A DNA stretch of 64,000 bases. Origin: Candidatus Cloacimonadales bacterium. Lineage in GTDB: Bacteria; Cloacimonadota; Cloacimonadia; Cloacimonadales; JAFGVF01. A model generated the notes under the pieces. That model did not search any database and was not told where the DNA came from. It worked only from the letters and a program-made list of their open reading frames with translations. The stretch is from positions 1,728,001 through 1,792,000 of the forward strand of contig OY762964.1 in assembly GCA_963667035.1 (NCBI GenBank), read 5' to 3'. Below are positions 1-10,924 of the stretch, one piece after another. Within the stretch, counting starts at the first letter, position 1. The number at the start of each line of letters is the position of its first letter. The position numbers and the translations under genes were made by a program.

Positions 1-872
1 TCAATCTTTATAGCTTCATTTAAAGCTTCAATTGCTGATTCAGCATTATTGGCAGTTTTATACATGTTACCAATATAATACCATAAATCAGGATTGCTAT
101 TCTTAGTAGCAATAGGAGAAAGAACGGCAGCGGCATCGTCATATCTTCCTAACTGCTGTAATGAGCTACCAAGAAGTTTTGCAACACTTTCGTTCTCAGG
201 TTGAAGTTCTAAACCTTTTCTTGCCCATTCTTCACATTTAGCATAATCTTTTTGTTCGAAAGAGATCTGACTAAGATAAAAAATAGCGTCAAAGTTGCTA
301 GAAGATTTTTTGTTTATATCTTCAAAATTCTGTTTTGCTAAATCTAACTTACCATTTTCATAGTTTTGCTTAGCAATATCAAAAGCTTTTACGCTTTCAC
401 TTTCAAAAAACTGCTTAATAGCAGGAAGAAGATCTGAGTTAATAAGCTCTCTTCTATCTTTACTTACCTTTGTCACTTTAAGGTTGATTGGCTTAATGCT
501 CTGGGAAACAACATTATAAACTTTACTGTTTAAAGCAAATTCATTCCCAAGAGTAGTAATTGTACCGGTCAAAACTATATCTGCACCTAGTTTGCTACCA
601 ACACCCAAAATCACTGGAGTATCAACTTCATAAGATTTCTTACCATTCAATGATTCTTTAGCTACTTTTGCTACTTCTTTTTGATCAATAACATTAAAAC
701 TTGAATCTTCTCCAAATGTCTTCTTGATATCAATCTTTTCAAATTGTGTTTTCAATGTTTTACATTTACTGTCCATTGCTTCATATGGCATGATTGCAAT
801 GTTAATCTGAGCGAAAAGTGTTGCTGAAACAACAACAAGACTTATAATTAGAAGTATAATTCTCTTTTCCAT
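1..872 (-). CDS. Secreted TPR-repeat protein, 3' end runs off the window
   Basis: Not in the ORF track. Manually translated from ATG at 872 (SD GGAGG): MEKRIILLIISLVVVSATLFAQ signal peptide, then TPR-like helices (AIFYLSQISFEQKDY, LWYYIGNMYK). Confidence 0.75.
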   Translation of the reverse strand, partial: MEKRIILLIISLVVVSATLFAQINIAIMPYEAMDSKCKTLKTQFEKIDIKKTFGEDSSFNVIDQKEVAKVAKESLNGKKSYEVDTPVILGVGSKLGADIVLTGTITTLGNEFALNSKVYNVVSQSIKPINLKVTKVSKDRRELINSDLLPAIKQFFESESVKAFDIAKQNYENGKLDLAKQNFEDINKKSSSNFDAIFYLSQISFEQKDYAKCEEWARKGLELQPENESVAKLLGSSLQQLGRYDDAAAVLSPIATKNSNPDLWYYIGNMYKTANNAESAIEALNEAIKI

Positions 873-934
873 TATTCCTCCATATATTCTCTTTAAGACC
901 TTTATTCTCAAGGATGTTTTATTATGCAAGTTTT

Positions 935-1885
935 TTATCTTAACTTTGGGATTCTTAATCTTCCTAACTTATATTCTATTCTAAAGAAACAATTTAACTC
1001 AGCACCCATTGCGGCTTTGAATCTTGCTATGCTTGTATGATTACCCCCACAGAGATCATACTCTTTGTATGAATTTCTATATTTGATTACCGTATCATAA
1101 TGCAACAACAGTGATACCCCACTGTTAAGATAATCCTTGTGTGTGCCATTTTCCCAAGCATAAAGTACTTGTCTCTTTCTGTCATCTAGTATCAACAAAG
1201 AAGATACTATCTCATTATTGATTACAGCATTTCTCTGTAAAAGAAGTCCTTTCATCTGCAACTCCATTAGTAAGTTTAAGTGTTTCGAATCTTCTACAGA
1301 GAATTCTCTTTCTTGTCTTTCATTAGTCTGTTTCAGCAACTCCAGAAATCTCTCAGGATTGAACTCTTCATTTATAACAAAACCTTGTTGACTAGCTTTT
1401 CTCAATGAGGTACCCTCTTTAGGAAACAGATTAGGTTCGAAATCAGGTTTCAAATCAAAACTGAAAGTATAAAGGGGTTTAGCAGTAAAACCACTCTTCA
1501 GGAAACCTCTCATATCTATCAAATCAGGAGATAAATTCATAGATACGGAATCCAAGCTACTTTTAAGATGCTTAGCAATTAATCCTGTAATCTCAAGCTT
1601 ATACAACAAGTTCCTATTCTCTCTTTTCTGTTTAGGAAGATGCCAGACTATAGGATTGTAATATGATAATACGGGAGTTACTGCCTTCTTGAATCCTATC
1701 TTACTCTTTATAAATACCGGCATAACAGCCCATATCTCATCAGCGTTATAGGCTGTAAAATAATGAAAATCGAGGTTATGTAACTCACAGATAGCTTGTA
1801 CAAAGTCCTGATTAGCAAAAAGAGGTAACTTAATTGCATCAAGTGAAGAGTCATCTCTACTCAACAATTTGTAAGTAATTGCCAT
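935..1885 (-). CDS. GNAT/FemAB-like acetyltransferase
   Basis: C-terminal YDLCGGNH..IARFKAAMGA motif typical of this family. Confidence 0.7.
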   Translation of the reverse strand: MAITYKLLSRDDSSLDAIKLPLFANQDFVQAICELHNLDFHYFTAYNADEIWAVMPVFIKSKIGFKKAVTPVLSYYNPIVWHLPKQKRENRNLLYKLEITGLIAKHLKSSLDSVSMNLSPDLIDMRGFLKSGFTAKPLYTFSFDLKPDFEPNLFPKEGTSLRKASQQGFVINEEFNPERFLELLKQTNERQEREFSVEDSKHLNLLMELQMKGLLLQRNAVINNEIVSSLLILDDRKRQVLYAWENGTHKDYLNSGVSLLLHYDTVIKYRNSYKEYDLCGGNHTSIARFKAAMGAELNCFFRIEYKLGRLRIPKLR

Positions 1886-1886
1886 G

Positions 1887-2243
1887 CTATACCAAACTTT
1901 TAATCAAAGTTGCTATTTCATTAAATCTAAATGGCTTTATAATATATTCAACAACATCATCAAACAGAGCTGCATAAGCCGAGTCTGCCGATGGGTAACC
2001 TGTCATAATGATTATCTTTTGCTCAGGATGTTCTTGCTTTATTGTTTGCATAAGTTCAATCCCATCCATACTAGGCATTACTCTGTCAACAATAAGTAGT
2101 TTGTATTTATCCGGAGAGAATACTTTTAAAGCTTCTTCAGCATCTTGTGCCTGATCACATTCATATCCTATACCTTCAAGAAACTCTTGCAAAACGTCTC
2201 TTAGCATCTGGTCATCATCAACTATTAAAATTTTACTCGTCAT
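1887..2243 (-). CDS. Single-domain response regulator (receiver)
   Basis: KILIVDDD, D-x-x-MP, MTGY and KPF motifs. Probable ATG at 2243 after GGAGG. Confidence 0.9.
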   Translation of the reverse strand: MTSKILIVDDDQMLRDVLQEFLEGIGYECDQAQDAEEALKVFSPDKYKLLIVDRVMPSMDGIELMQTIKQEHPEQKIIIMTGYPSADSAYAALFDDVVEYIIKPFRFNEIATLIKSLV

Positions 2244-2255
2244 AACATCCTCCAC

Positions 2256-3053
2256 CTAGATTAAGGATTCAATTGTTAAAACAACATATAGTATCGATAT
2301 TGATATCAAGAAACTATCAAATCTATCCAAGACACCACCGTGTCCAGGAATCAAGTTTGAACTGTCTTTTATATGCATATCACGTTTTATCAGGGATTCC
2401 ATCAAATCACCTGCTTGTCCGGCAATACCCGTAGTGACACCTGCCGAGATAAGCTGAGTTGTAGTAAACATGTGAGGAAAGATTAAACGTGTGACTATTG
2501 AAGCAATAACAGCAAAAAACAATCCGGCTATAAATCCCTCAATAGACTTCTTAGGACTAACCGGGAAAATTCCTCTATGCTTCCCTAAAGTCATTCCTAT
2601 AAAATAAGCAAATGAGTCTGTTATCCAAGTCAGTATAATTATTAGAATCAATAGATAATTACCATTCTCAAATTTACTTAAAGTAATTATACTTGAAGGC
2701 AGTATACCAGCATATAAAACTATCAGAAAAGATATGGCTATACTTGTGATGCTTCCATCAATATCATTCCTAACTAATCTGTTCAAGAATAGTATGCACA
2801 GAAATGGAAACAATGATAAGGGAGCAAAACTCCAACCGAATAGTGCAATAATAAGAAATGTTATAACTGAGAAAGGTATTGTTAAGACATTAGGATTCAG
2901 TTTGTTCTTTTTAAACATTGTGAACATTTCCCAACCAAGCAGTCCCGATAACAAACTACCGAAGGCAAGAAGCGGGATTCCATTAATATAGAATATTAAC
3001 AACAGTATAGGAATTCCAATTAAAGCGACGCTAACTCTTTTAATGAGATTCAT
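2256..3053 (-). CDS. cdsA: Phosphatidate cytidylyltransferase
   Basis: SPKKSIEG and KDSSNLIPGHGGVLDRFDS signatures; adjacent to uppS. Confidence 0.95.
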   Translation of the reverse strand: MNLIKRVSVALIGIPILLLIFYINGIPLLAFGSLLSGLLGWEMFTMFKKNKLNPNVLTIPFSVITFLIIALFGWSFAPLSLFPFLCILFLNRLVRNDIDGSITSIAISFLIVLYAGILPSSIITLSKFENGNYLLILIIILTWITDSFAYFIGMTLGKHRGIFPVSPKKSIEGFIAGLFFAVIASIVTRLIFPHMFTTTQLISAGVTTGIAGQAGDLMESLIKRDMHIKDSSNLIPGHGGVLDRFDSFLISISILYVVLTIESLI

Positions 3054-3787
3054 TAAAGTGCTCCAAAGCGTCTGTTTCGATTCTGGTAATCAACAATAGC
3101 CTCAACCATGTCAGTACGGTTGAACTCCGGCCATAGCTTATCAGTAAACCAAAACTCCGTATATGCGGATTGCCATATTAAGAAGTTAGATAATCTTAGC
3201 TCACCGCTTGTTCTTATCAAAAGATCCGGGTCAGGCATCTCACTAGTATATAAATGATTGTTTATTGTTTCCAAGTTTATAGACTCAATATCAATTTTAC
3301 CTTCTAAGGTTTCTGACGCTATCTTTTTAACCGCTTGTAGAATATCTTGTCTTCCCCCGTAATTGAAAGCAATTCTAAACTGTAATCCATCATTATTCCA
3401 GGTTGTTGATAAGGTCTTATTTATATTGTTTAAATATTCAGGATCTAATCCCTCTTCCCCACCTATTAGCTTTACACAGACATTATTTTCATTTATTTCA
3501 TCTATTTCTTTATTCATAAACTCCACAAGCAGATTAAGGAGACCTTTAATCTCTGCTTCGGGACGATTCCAGTTTTCAGAAGAGAAAGCATAAACCGTTA
3601 GATATTTTAGTCCAATCTCAACACCACATTCAATAACTTCTCTTACCGCTTTTGCTCCGGCTCTGTGACCAAACAATCTATTCTTCAGCTTTTTCTTAGC
3701 CCAGCGTCCATTCCCATCCATAATGATAGCAACATGCTCAGGGAGATTATTCCTATCCAGTTTTGATAATAATTCTTTATATCTCAT
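3053..3787 (-). CDS. uppS: Undecaprenyl/polyprenyl diphosphate synthase
   Basis: HVAIIMDGNGRWA, FSSENW and RTSGELRLSNF motifs. Confidence 0.96.
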   Translation of the reverse strand: MRYKELLSKLDRNNLPEHVAIIMDGNGRWAKKKLKNRLFGHRAGAKAVREVIECGVEIGLKYLTVYAFSSENWNRPEAEIKGLLNLLVEFMNKEIDEINENNVCVKLIGGEEGLDPEYLNNINKTLSTTWNNDGLQFRIAFNYGGRQDILQAVKKIASETLEGKIDIESINLETINNHLYTSEMPDPDLLIRTSGELRLSNFLIWQSAYTEFWFTDKLWPEFNRTDMVEAIVDYQNRNRRFGAL

Positions 3788-3795
3788 TTTAGACC

Positions 3796-4900
3796 TTATT
3801 GTTTAGCATTTGCTTTCAAATATGCAACTATAAATTGATTCAAGTCTCCATCCATTACTTTATCAGTTGAACCTGTTTCACAGTTTGTTCTATGATCTTT
3901 AACCATTTGATAAGGTTGGAAAACATAAGAGCGAATCTGATTTCCCCACCCAATCTCTGTCTTGGTACTTTCCAAAGCGTCTCTTTCTTTCTGACGTTCC
4001 TCTTCATAGTGTTGATACAGTCTGGATTTTAGTATTTGCATAGCTTTTTCTTTATTCTTTAACTGAGACCTTTCATTTTGACAACTAACCACAATATTAG
4101 TAGGCAAATGGGTAATTCTCACAGCGGAATCAGTAGTATTCACACTTTGTCCTCCTGCTCCGCTAGATCTGTATGTATCAATCTTTATGTCTTTAGCCTC
4201 TATCTCAATTTCAATATCATCATCAATCTCAGGATAAACATACACGGAGGAAAAAGATGTTTGCCTTTTACCTTGTGCATTGAAAGGCGAAATACGGACT
4301 AATCTATGAATCCCAATCTCCGCTTTAAGATATCCATAAGCGTGTTCACCATTGACCTCTATAGTCACATTCTTAATTCCCGCTTCATCTCCGGCAAGAT
4401 AGTCAATAACCGTAAATGAAAATCCATTTTGTTCTGCCCATCTAGTATACATACGATACAGCATATCAGCCCAGTCTTGAGATTCAGTTCCTCCGGCACC
4501 GGGGTGTATGTTCAGAATCGCATTACAATGGTCAAATCTGCCATTTAACAAGAATTCTGTTTCTGCTTTATCAATAACAATAAGGTATTCATTTAGTGAT
4601 GAGGCGGCGTCAGCCAGTAGTTCCTCGCTGAATTCATCTTCAAGCATTATTAAGTAAGTATGCAGGTCATCAACAATTGAAGTAAGATTTTTCTCTTTAT
4701 CAAGTTTACTTCTAAGTAGGCTTATCTCTTTGGTTATCTTCTGAGCACGTTTGTTGTTATTCCAGAACTCGGGACCAGTCATCTCTTTTTCAAGAATTAG
4801 AAGTTCCTTTGTTAGGACTTCAGTGTCAAAGTAACCTCCTGATGTCATTTATTCTATCAATTGTATTTTCAGCTTCTTTTTTAAATTCAAACAGTTCCAT
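3796..4900 (-). CDS. prfB: Peptide chain release factor 2, +1 programmed frameshift
   Basis: SPF and GGQ motifs. True start is ATG 4900 (MELFEFKKE...RRLL), with AGGAGG-TTA-CTT-TGA-C shift site at 4825-4840. Confidence 0.96.
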
Positions 4901-4909
4901 AAATACTCC

Positions 4910-6064
4910 TTAATACTTCCATGGTACAAGATAATCTTTGATTTCTTCATTGAAATATCTATCAGTCATAGTTGCAATGAAGTCTCGAACTTTCTCCGCA
5001 TCATTAAATCTGTCAAGATACTGCTTATCCTTGTGGAAGAGAAAATGTTGATAAATCTTAGATTCCTCATGCTCATTACTAATATCCTCCAGATATTTGT
5101 CAAAGAGAATATTCATAGTGCGAGAGATCATAGTATTAGCTTTTTTAACCTGAGGGTCAGTATATATGTGCTCATAGTTAAAGTGCTTTAATTTAAGCAG
5201 ATAGTCGGATGTTTCATCATCAAAAGCTATGTAGTCTTTTCCGAAACTATTCAGAATAACACTTTCGACAAGTGTATTGATTATTCTACTGTTTGTATTA
5301 CCTAGATAATCCGTAATCTCTTTGGGTAATTCATCTCGTGATAGTAGGTTGCATCGGATTGCATCTTCAATGTCCTGCCCTATATATGCAATAGTATCGG
5401 CAATTCGTACAGTGCAGCCCTCCATAGTTGCCGGCATCCATCTGGCATTTTTGTTTTCCTTCTTAAGCAAGATGTAATGCTCAATATCCGCTTCCGTTTT
5501 GTTAAACTCAGGTTTAAGTTGAGTGTTATGAACTTCTCCGTCATGCGATATGATACCGTCTCTTACCTGGAAGGTTAGATTCAATCCTTTCCCTTTTCTT
5601 GAAATATTATCTACAATATGCAGACTCTCAACATTATGGTGAAAAGCTCCAATACCTTTATCACGGCAAATCTTACTTAAAGCTCTCTCTCCGTCATGTC
5701 CGAAAGGACAATGACCAAGGTCGTGCCCCAGAGCAATTGCTTCTATCAAATCCAGATTAAGACCAAGTACTCTTCCTATAGTTCTTGAGATTTGAGAAAC
5801 ATAAGTAGTGTGCAGATTTCTATTAGTCATTTCTTCATCAATCATATTAGTAAAAGAAAAGACCTGAGTTTTACCATGGTATCTTCTATAAGCCCCGCTG
5901 TAGAGTATTCTATCTCTATCAACAGCAAAAGGAGTTCTGAATTCATCTCTCCTAAGCTCTTCTTTCCTATGAGCTTGAGAGCTTCTGCATGCAAATGGAG
6001 ATAATGTATTATTATTTCTCTCAGCTATGGTTTTCTTTATTTCATCAAGTTTCTCATTATACAT
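4910..6064 (-). CDS. dGTP triphosphohydrolase-like HD-domain protein
   Basis: DRDRILYS, KTQVF, HDLGHCPFGHDGE, ADTIAY..DIED and DFIATMTD motifs. Confidence 0.88.
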   Translation of the reverse strand: MYNEKLDEIKKTIAERNNNTLSPFACRSSQAHRKEELRRDEFRTPFAVDRDRILYSGAYRRYHGKTQVFSFTNMIDEEMTNRNLHTTYVSQISRTIGRVLGLNLDLIEAIALGHDLGHCPFGHDGERALSKICRDKGIGAFHHNVESLHIVDNISRKGKGLNLTFQVRDGIISHDGEVHNTQLKPEFNKTEADIEHYILLKKENKNARWMPATMEGCTVRIADTIAYIGQDIEDAIRCNLLSRDELPKEITDYLGNTNSRIINTLVESVILNSFGKDYIAFDDETSDYLLKLKHFNYEHIYTDPQVKKANTMISRTMNILFDKYLEDISNEHEESKIYQHFLFHKDKQYLDRFNDAEKVRDFIATMTDRYFNEEIKDYLVPWKY

Positions 6065-6072
6065 ATTCACCT

Positions 6073-6708
6073 CTAAATTTTCCTGTAATGCATGAAGTAA
6101 GGTTTAAAGCCAATATCAGCATTGACTTTCTCAAAATATGTTTCGATGTGTTCTTCTTCATAAGGAGATTCTCTTGTGAAACCATTGTCATAAAGAGATT
6201 CAAAATCCTTCCTTTGAGCAAATTCGTTAACAATCCATTCAGCATATTCCGTATGGTCGGTTGAGAGTTCTACAGTTCCACCTGGTTTAAGTATTTTATA
6301 CAATGAATCTATGAAATCCTGTTGTATCAATCTATGTTTATGATGACGTCGTTTGGGCCAAGGGTCCGGATGCTGAATATAGATAACATCTAACGATTCT
6401 TTTGGAATAATCTCCGTTACATTCGCATCTACGAATAACTTAATCAATCGAACATTTTTGTGTCTTACTTCATCTAATTTCTTTAGTATCATAAGAATCC
6501 GCTTCATCTTTAACTCTATACCAAGGAAATTTACATCCGTTTTTCGAGTTGGGAGCAAAGAGATAAACTCTCCTTTTCCACAACCGATTTCCAAATGAAC
6601 CGGATTACTGTTACCAAATACTTCTTTATAGTCTAATAAGTTTTCTGCATTTAGCAGAAAGAATTCTTTCTTGGGTGTTATATCTACGGGTAAGTTTACT
6701 TTTCTCAT
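6073..6708 (-). CDS. trmB: tRNA (guanine-N7)-methyltransferase
   Basis: LEIGCGKG and PDPWPKRRHHKHR motifs. Confidence 0.93.
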   Translation of the reverse strand: MRKVNLPVDITPKKEFFLLNAENLLDYKEVFGNSNPVHLEIGCGKGEFISLLPTRKTDVNFLGIELKMKRILMILKKLDEVRHKNVRLIKLFVDANVTEIIPKESLDVIYIQHPDPWPKRRHHKHRLIQQDFIDSLYKILKPGGTVELSTDHTEYAEWIVNEFAQRKDFESLYDNGFTRESPYEEEHIETYFEKVNADIGFKPYFMHYRKI

Positions 6709-7304
6709 TCATCCTCATTCATATAATCTCTAACTTTCTGAACTATATCCACTTCCTCCTCTTTTTTCAGAGATAAGATGTGGTTACCAATCGCAATTCC
6801 TACACCTATCATCAAGAACATCTGTGCTCCTTGCTGTAAATGATAAGCCAAATTAAACATCTCGAGATTCTTAAAACTTACCTGAGTTATAAAGAATACC
6901 AGAGTTCTCATTATTGTTGCAGTTACACCAAACAGTAAGGCTTTTGCTGTTTTACTCTCTTCTGTCTTAAAGAAATAAGCTGTAAGATAGTTTAATCCTA
7001 TAAAAATTAATCCTAATGGTAAAACCAACATTGGCAAGGGTACAGCTTGATATTGGAAGTTTTGTTTCAAGATAGCGGTAAATATGACCGTTGCTATAAA
7101 AGCAGGAATCAATCCCCAATTGCTCTTGCCATAGCGGCTCAAAATAGTAAAACACGAAACAACGATTGAATAGATGTAGTATTCAGTTGCTTTTAAAGCA
7201 AAAAATCCGGTAGGACCTCCAAAGAATATCATACCCAAGATTGTTATAAACAGAAGAGGAACAGATATAATAATGAGACCTTTAACAAATTTATTTTCAG
7301 TCAT
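6705..7304 (-). CDS. Hypothetical multi-pass membrane protein
   Basis: About 6 hydrophobic segments; overlaps the trmB start. Confidence 0.65.
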   Translation of the reverse strand: MTENKFVKGLIIISVPLLFITILGMIFFGGPTGFFALKATEYYIYSIVVSCFTILSRYGKSNWGLIPAFIATVIFTAILKQNFQYQAVPLPMLVLPLGLIFIGLNYLTAYFFKTEESKTAKALLFGVTATIMRTLVFFITQVSFKNLEMFNLAYHLQQGAQMFLMIGVGIAIGNHILSLKKEEEVDIVQKVRDYMNEDE

Positions 7305-7392
7305 TTAATCTCCATAAAACATAGTTGGTTCATTCTCATATTTAGTATTCGACTGTCAAGATTAGTGTTAGATATGTGAAAGAATGTGTAAT

Positions 7393-7422
7393 AAAAAAGG
7401 GAGTACCAAGCTCGGTACTCCC
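7393..7422 (-). terminator. Intrinsic terminator after asnS
   Basis: GGGAGTACC/GGTACTCCC stem followed by a T6 tract on the minus strand. Confidence 0.8.
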
Positions 7423-7440
7423 AAAACAAATATCTATAAT

Positions 7441-8736
7441 CTAAGGATAAATTCTGTAAATCATACGTGGGAATGGGATAACTTCTCGGATATGTCTGGT
7501 TCCGGTCATCCATTGTGTAAGTCTTTCAAGTCCCACACCAAAACCACTATGAGGCACAGATCCATACTTTCTCATATCAAGATACCATTGATAAGCTTCA
7601 ATATCCATATCTTCTGCTTTCATTCTTTCGAGTAGAAGGTTATAATCATCTTCACGTTGAGAGCCACCGATAATCTCACCAAACTCCTCAGGTGCGATAA
7701 GATCACTTCCTAATACTAAATCAGGATTCTCACTATCTCTTTTCATGTAGAAAGCTTTAATCTCTTTCGGCCATTTCTCAATGAATACGGGGACATCTGA
7801 TCCCTCGGTTATCATTCCTTCTTCGGCTGCACCGAAGTCTTCGTCATAGCCCATCTCAGAGCCTTTTGAACGGCATATATCGACAGCTTCTCTATGAGTG
7901 ATTACCTTGAAAGGTGCATCAGCTTTCTTTAATTGCTCAACGTCTCTCTCAAGAATCTCAAGCTCTTTAGCACACTTTTTTACAACACTGCGAATAACGT
8001 GTCTAATCATTCCTTCTTGAATCTTCATATTCTCAGCATGCTCAACATAAGCGGCCTCGGCATCCATCATCCAAAATTCAGTAAGATGCTTACGAGTCTT
8101 CGATTTTTCAGCTCTGAAAACAGGACCGAAATCATATACTCTTCCAAGACTCATGATTGCTGGTTCAAGATACAATTGACCTGATTGTGAAAGATAAGCT
8201 TTACCTTGATCAAAATACTCCAACTCAAAAAGAGTTGTTGTTCCTTCGCAAGCGTTTGGAGTAAGGATAGGAGAGTCAAATCTAATGAAATCGTTATTGT
8301 TAAGATATTCACAGATTGCAAAATATACTGTATGTCTTACTCTGAGGTTTGCCCACTGTTTTGAGGAACGTATCCAAAGATGACGATTTGTAAGCAAGAA
8401 ATCGGGACCATGTTCCTTATTGCTTATAGGATAATCTTCAGTAAGGTGAACAATCTTCACGTCTGTCACGTCAACTTCATACACATCCTCTTTCTTAGGG
8501 TGTTTTTTGGGAATGCCTGTAATTGACACTGATGATTCAAGAGTAAGAGTTTTTGCATAAGCAAATTTATCTTCACCTAAAGCAGGTTTAAATGCTACAG
8601 CTTGAAGCCATCCGGTTCCATCTCTGAAAATGATGAATAATAGTTTGCCGCTTGAACGAATATTCTTCACCCAACCGTTCAATCTTATCTCTTCTCCTAA
8701 ATGATTCTTTATATCTTTCACTTGTATATCTTTCAT
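7441..8736 (-). CDS. asnS: Asparagine--tRNA ligase
   Basis: OB-fold N-terminus; LSQSGQLY, FRAEKSKTRKHLTEFWM, EIIGGSQRE and PHSGFGVGLER motifs. Confidence 0.93.
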   Translation of the reverse strand: MKDIQVKDIKNHLGEEIRLNGWVKNIRSSGKLLFIIFRDGTGWLQAVAFKPALGEDKFAYAKTLTLESSVSITGIPKKHPKKEDVYEVDVTDVKIVHLTEDYPISNKEHGPDFLLTNRHLWIRSSKQWANLRVRHTVYFAICEYLNNNDFIRFDSPILTPNACEGTTTLFELEYFDQGKAYLSQSGQLYLEPAIMSLGRVYDFGPVFRAEKSKTRKHLTEFWMMDAEAAYVEHAENMKIQEGMIRHVIRSVVKKCAKELEILERDVEQLKKADAPFKVITHREAVDICRSKGSEMGYDEDFGAAEEGMITEGSDVPVFIEKWPKEIKAFYMKRDSENPDLVLGSDLIAPEEFGEIIGGSQREDDYNLLLERMKAEDMDIEAYQWYLDMRKYGSVPHSGFGVGLERLTQWMTGTRHIREVIPFPRMIYRIYP

Positions 8737-8759
8737 CTTAAAAACTCCGTTTAAATTCT

Positions 8760-9740
8760 TTAACTGTTAGTAGTGTTAATCTTATCTATTATCATTTGAG
8801 CTATTCTAAGAGCTTTCAAACCGTCAACACCACTACAAATTGGTGTTTTATTTGTCTCAATAGCTTCAATGAATGATTCCAGCTCCATAGTGAGAGCATC
8901 TTTCAAAATATCTTCTGCTGTTATCACATCCTGTTCGACCAAATCCTCAGGATTGAATGTATTTTCTCCTAAAAGGATAGAGGGTAGAATCTTCTTTAAA
9001 TCTTTAGATTTACGTATAGCGATAACTTCTTTGTCCTGGAAATTCACAGAGATATATGATTCTTTCTGGAAAAATCTAATTTTTCTTTCCATCTTCATAG
9101 AGATTCTACTAGTTGTAATATTGGCAACTGTCCCATTCTCAAATTGCAACCGTGCATTCGCAATATCAATACTGTCGGTAACAATTCCGGCTCCGTTCGC
9201 CTGTATATCAACTATTTCACTATTCACAAAGCTCAAAATCAAATCTATATCATGTATCATAAGATCAAGTACTACAGGAACATCAGTTCCTCTCGGATTG
9301 AACTTATGCAATCTGTGCGACTCAATAAACAGAGGTGATGCTATTAAATCAGCTGATTTCATGATTACAGGATTGAACCTTTCAATATGTCCAACCTGAA
9401 TTTTCACTCCATTCTGTTTTGCCAACTCCACTAATTCCTCACCTTGAGCTACTGTTGTTGTGATAGGTTTCTCTATGAAAACATGTTTCTTTGCTTCCAA
9501 TGCAAGTTTGGCTAGTTCATAATGATAAGTTGTCGTTACAGCAATATCGATAGCATCAATATTCTTTAACAATTCATTATAGCTTTCGTATCTCTTTAAT
9601 CCAAACTCTTTTGCAACATTATTCGCTTTTGTTTCGTCAGAATCATATACCCCAACCATCTCGCAATTACTGAGGGTGCTGAGAATTCTGGCGTGATGTC
9701 TTCCTAGGTGGCCAACGCCTACAACGCCTATCTTCAACAT
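8760..9740 (-). CDS. Gfo/Idh/MocA oxidoreductase (GnnA-like nucleotide-sugar dehydrogenase)
   Basis: GVGHLG, EKP, VGHIERFNP and DLMIHDID motifs. Confidence 0.85.
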   Translation of the reverse strand: MLKIGVVGVGHLGRHHARILSTLSNCEMVGVYDSDETKANNVAKEFGLKRYESYNELLKNIDAIDIAVTTTYHYELAKLALEAKKHVFIEKPITTTVAQGEELVELAKQNGVKIQVGHIERFNPVIMKSADLIASPLFIESHRLHKFNPRGTDVPVVLDLMIHDIDLILSFVNSEIVDIQANGAGIVTDSIDIANARLQFENGTVANITTSRISMKMERKIRFFQKESYISVNFQDKEVIAIRKSKDLKKILPSILLGENTFNPEDLVEQDVITAEDILKDALTMELESFIEAIETNKTPICSGVDGLKALRIAQMIIDKINTTNS

Positions 9741-10030
9741 AATAGCTCCTTTAAATGAGAATTATCAGTTTAAATTCAGTTTGTAGTAACTGCACATGTG
9801 TCAAGTAAAATGATTATGTTCAATCATACAAACAAGCTCTAAACAAGAAAACCATCCTTTTAAACTTCCAATGTTCTTTTGTAACACACGAGACACACTC
9901 GGGACTTTACCCGAGAAATTCCCAAGAAATTCACACCAAAATCCCGCCCGGTTCACGTGAATTGAACCTAAGCAAAGATGGAGAAGTAAAACGAATCAAT
10001 TTAAGAAAATCGTTTATTTGAAATTGGCTG

Positions 10031-10921
10031 TTAAGCTTGCTTTACTCGCTTCTTTGAGAATACAATATACAACTGAGCCATAACAATAACCAGGTAGAAT
10101 AAGGCCTGTAGATTATGCATTCTCTCACCGAGGATTAAGAAAGCGAGTAAACCGGCAATCACCGGTTTGAGGAAAAAGAAAGAAGCCCCAACGGAAGCAG
10201 GAATCTTCTTCAATGCTTGGAAGAAAAGATAATAAGCAATTCCTGTAACAAAAATACCGAGATAAAGTAAGAGCATCAGATTACCCGGATTAGGAGTAAA
10301 GCTCAAACTTCCACCCTGTATTAGAGTAAAAGCAGCAAGGATTAAAGCTCCGCCAAAGAAACTTACTGAGTTAAACACAATACTACCGTGAGTTTTGACT
10401 TGTCTCTTTGACAGAACAGTATATAAAGCAAACGAGACTGCTGCGAGAATTGCAAATATGATACCTAAAGATATATCTCGTGATCCCGAGAATAAATCCT
10501 TTTCCATCAATACAATTCCTACCAAAGCAAGTATGCTCACTATCTGGGCAATTAGTACTTTCGCGGACATCTTCTCTTTTAAAATAAAATGAGCAAAAAT
10601 AGTAGTAAATACAGGATTAGTACTAATTATAATCGCTGAGAGGAATGCTTTCCCATAGAATACCGAGATTTGTAACAAATACATACTGACTGCAACATTT
10701 AGAATGCCGGGTATAGTCATACCTGCAATCTCTCTAAAGTTAAGTTTCTTACTCTTCTTTTTTAACTCTGAAAAGGCAATCGGAGCTAATACAATAGCTC
10801 CGATTATAAATCTGTATACTGTTACTGAAGCCGGAGAAATGTTTGCCCCAATAAGCTTACCGACAACTTCCAAGGTTGAAAAGAACAGTATTGTTATAAA
10901 ACAAAACAGATATGGTACCAT
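10031..10921 (-). CDS. DMT/EamA family transporter
   Basis: About 10 transmembrane segments in two repeats ending LKEK and LGER. Confidence 0.88.
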   Translation of the reverse strand: MVPYLFCFITILFFSTLEVVGKLIGANISPASVTVYRFIIGAIVLAPIAFSELKKKSKKLNFREIAGMTIPGILNVAVSMYLLQISVFYGKAFLSAIIISTNPVFTTIFAHFILKEKMSAKVLIAQIVSILALVGIVLMEKDLFSGSRDISLGIIFAILAAVSFALYTVLSKRQVKTHGSIVFNSVSFFGGALILAAFTLIQGGSLSFTPNPGNLMLLLYLGIFVTGIAYYLFFQALKKIPASVGASFFFLKPVIAGLLAFLILGERMHNLQALFYLVIVMAQLYIVFSKKRVKQA

Positions 10922-10924
10922 TTT

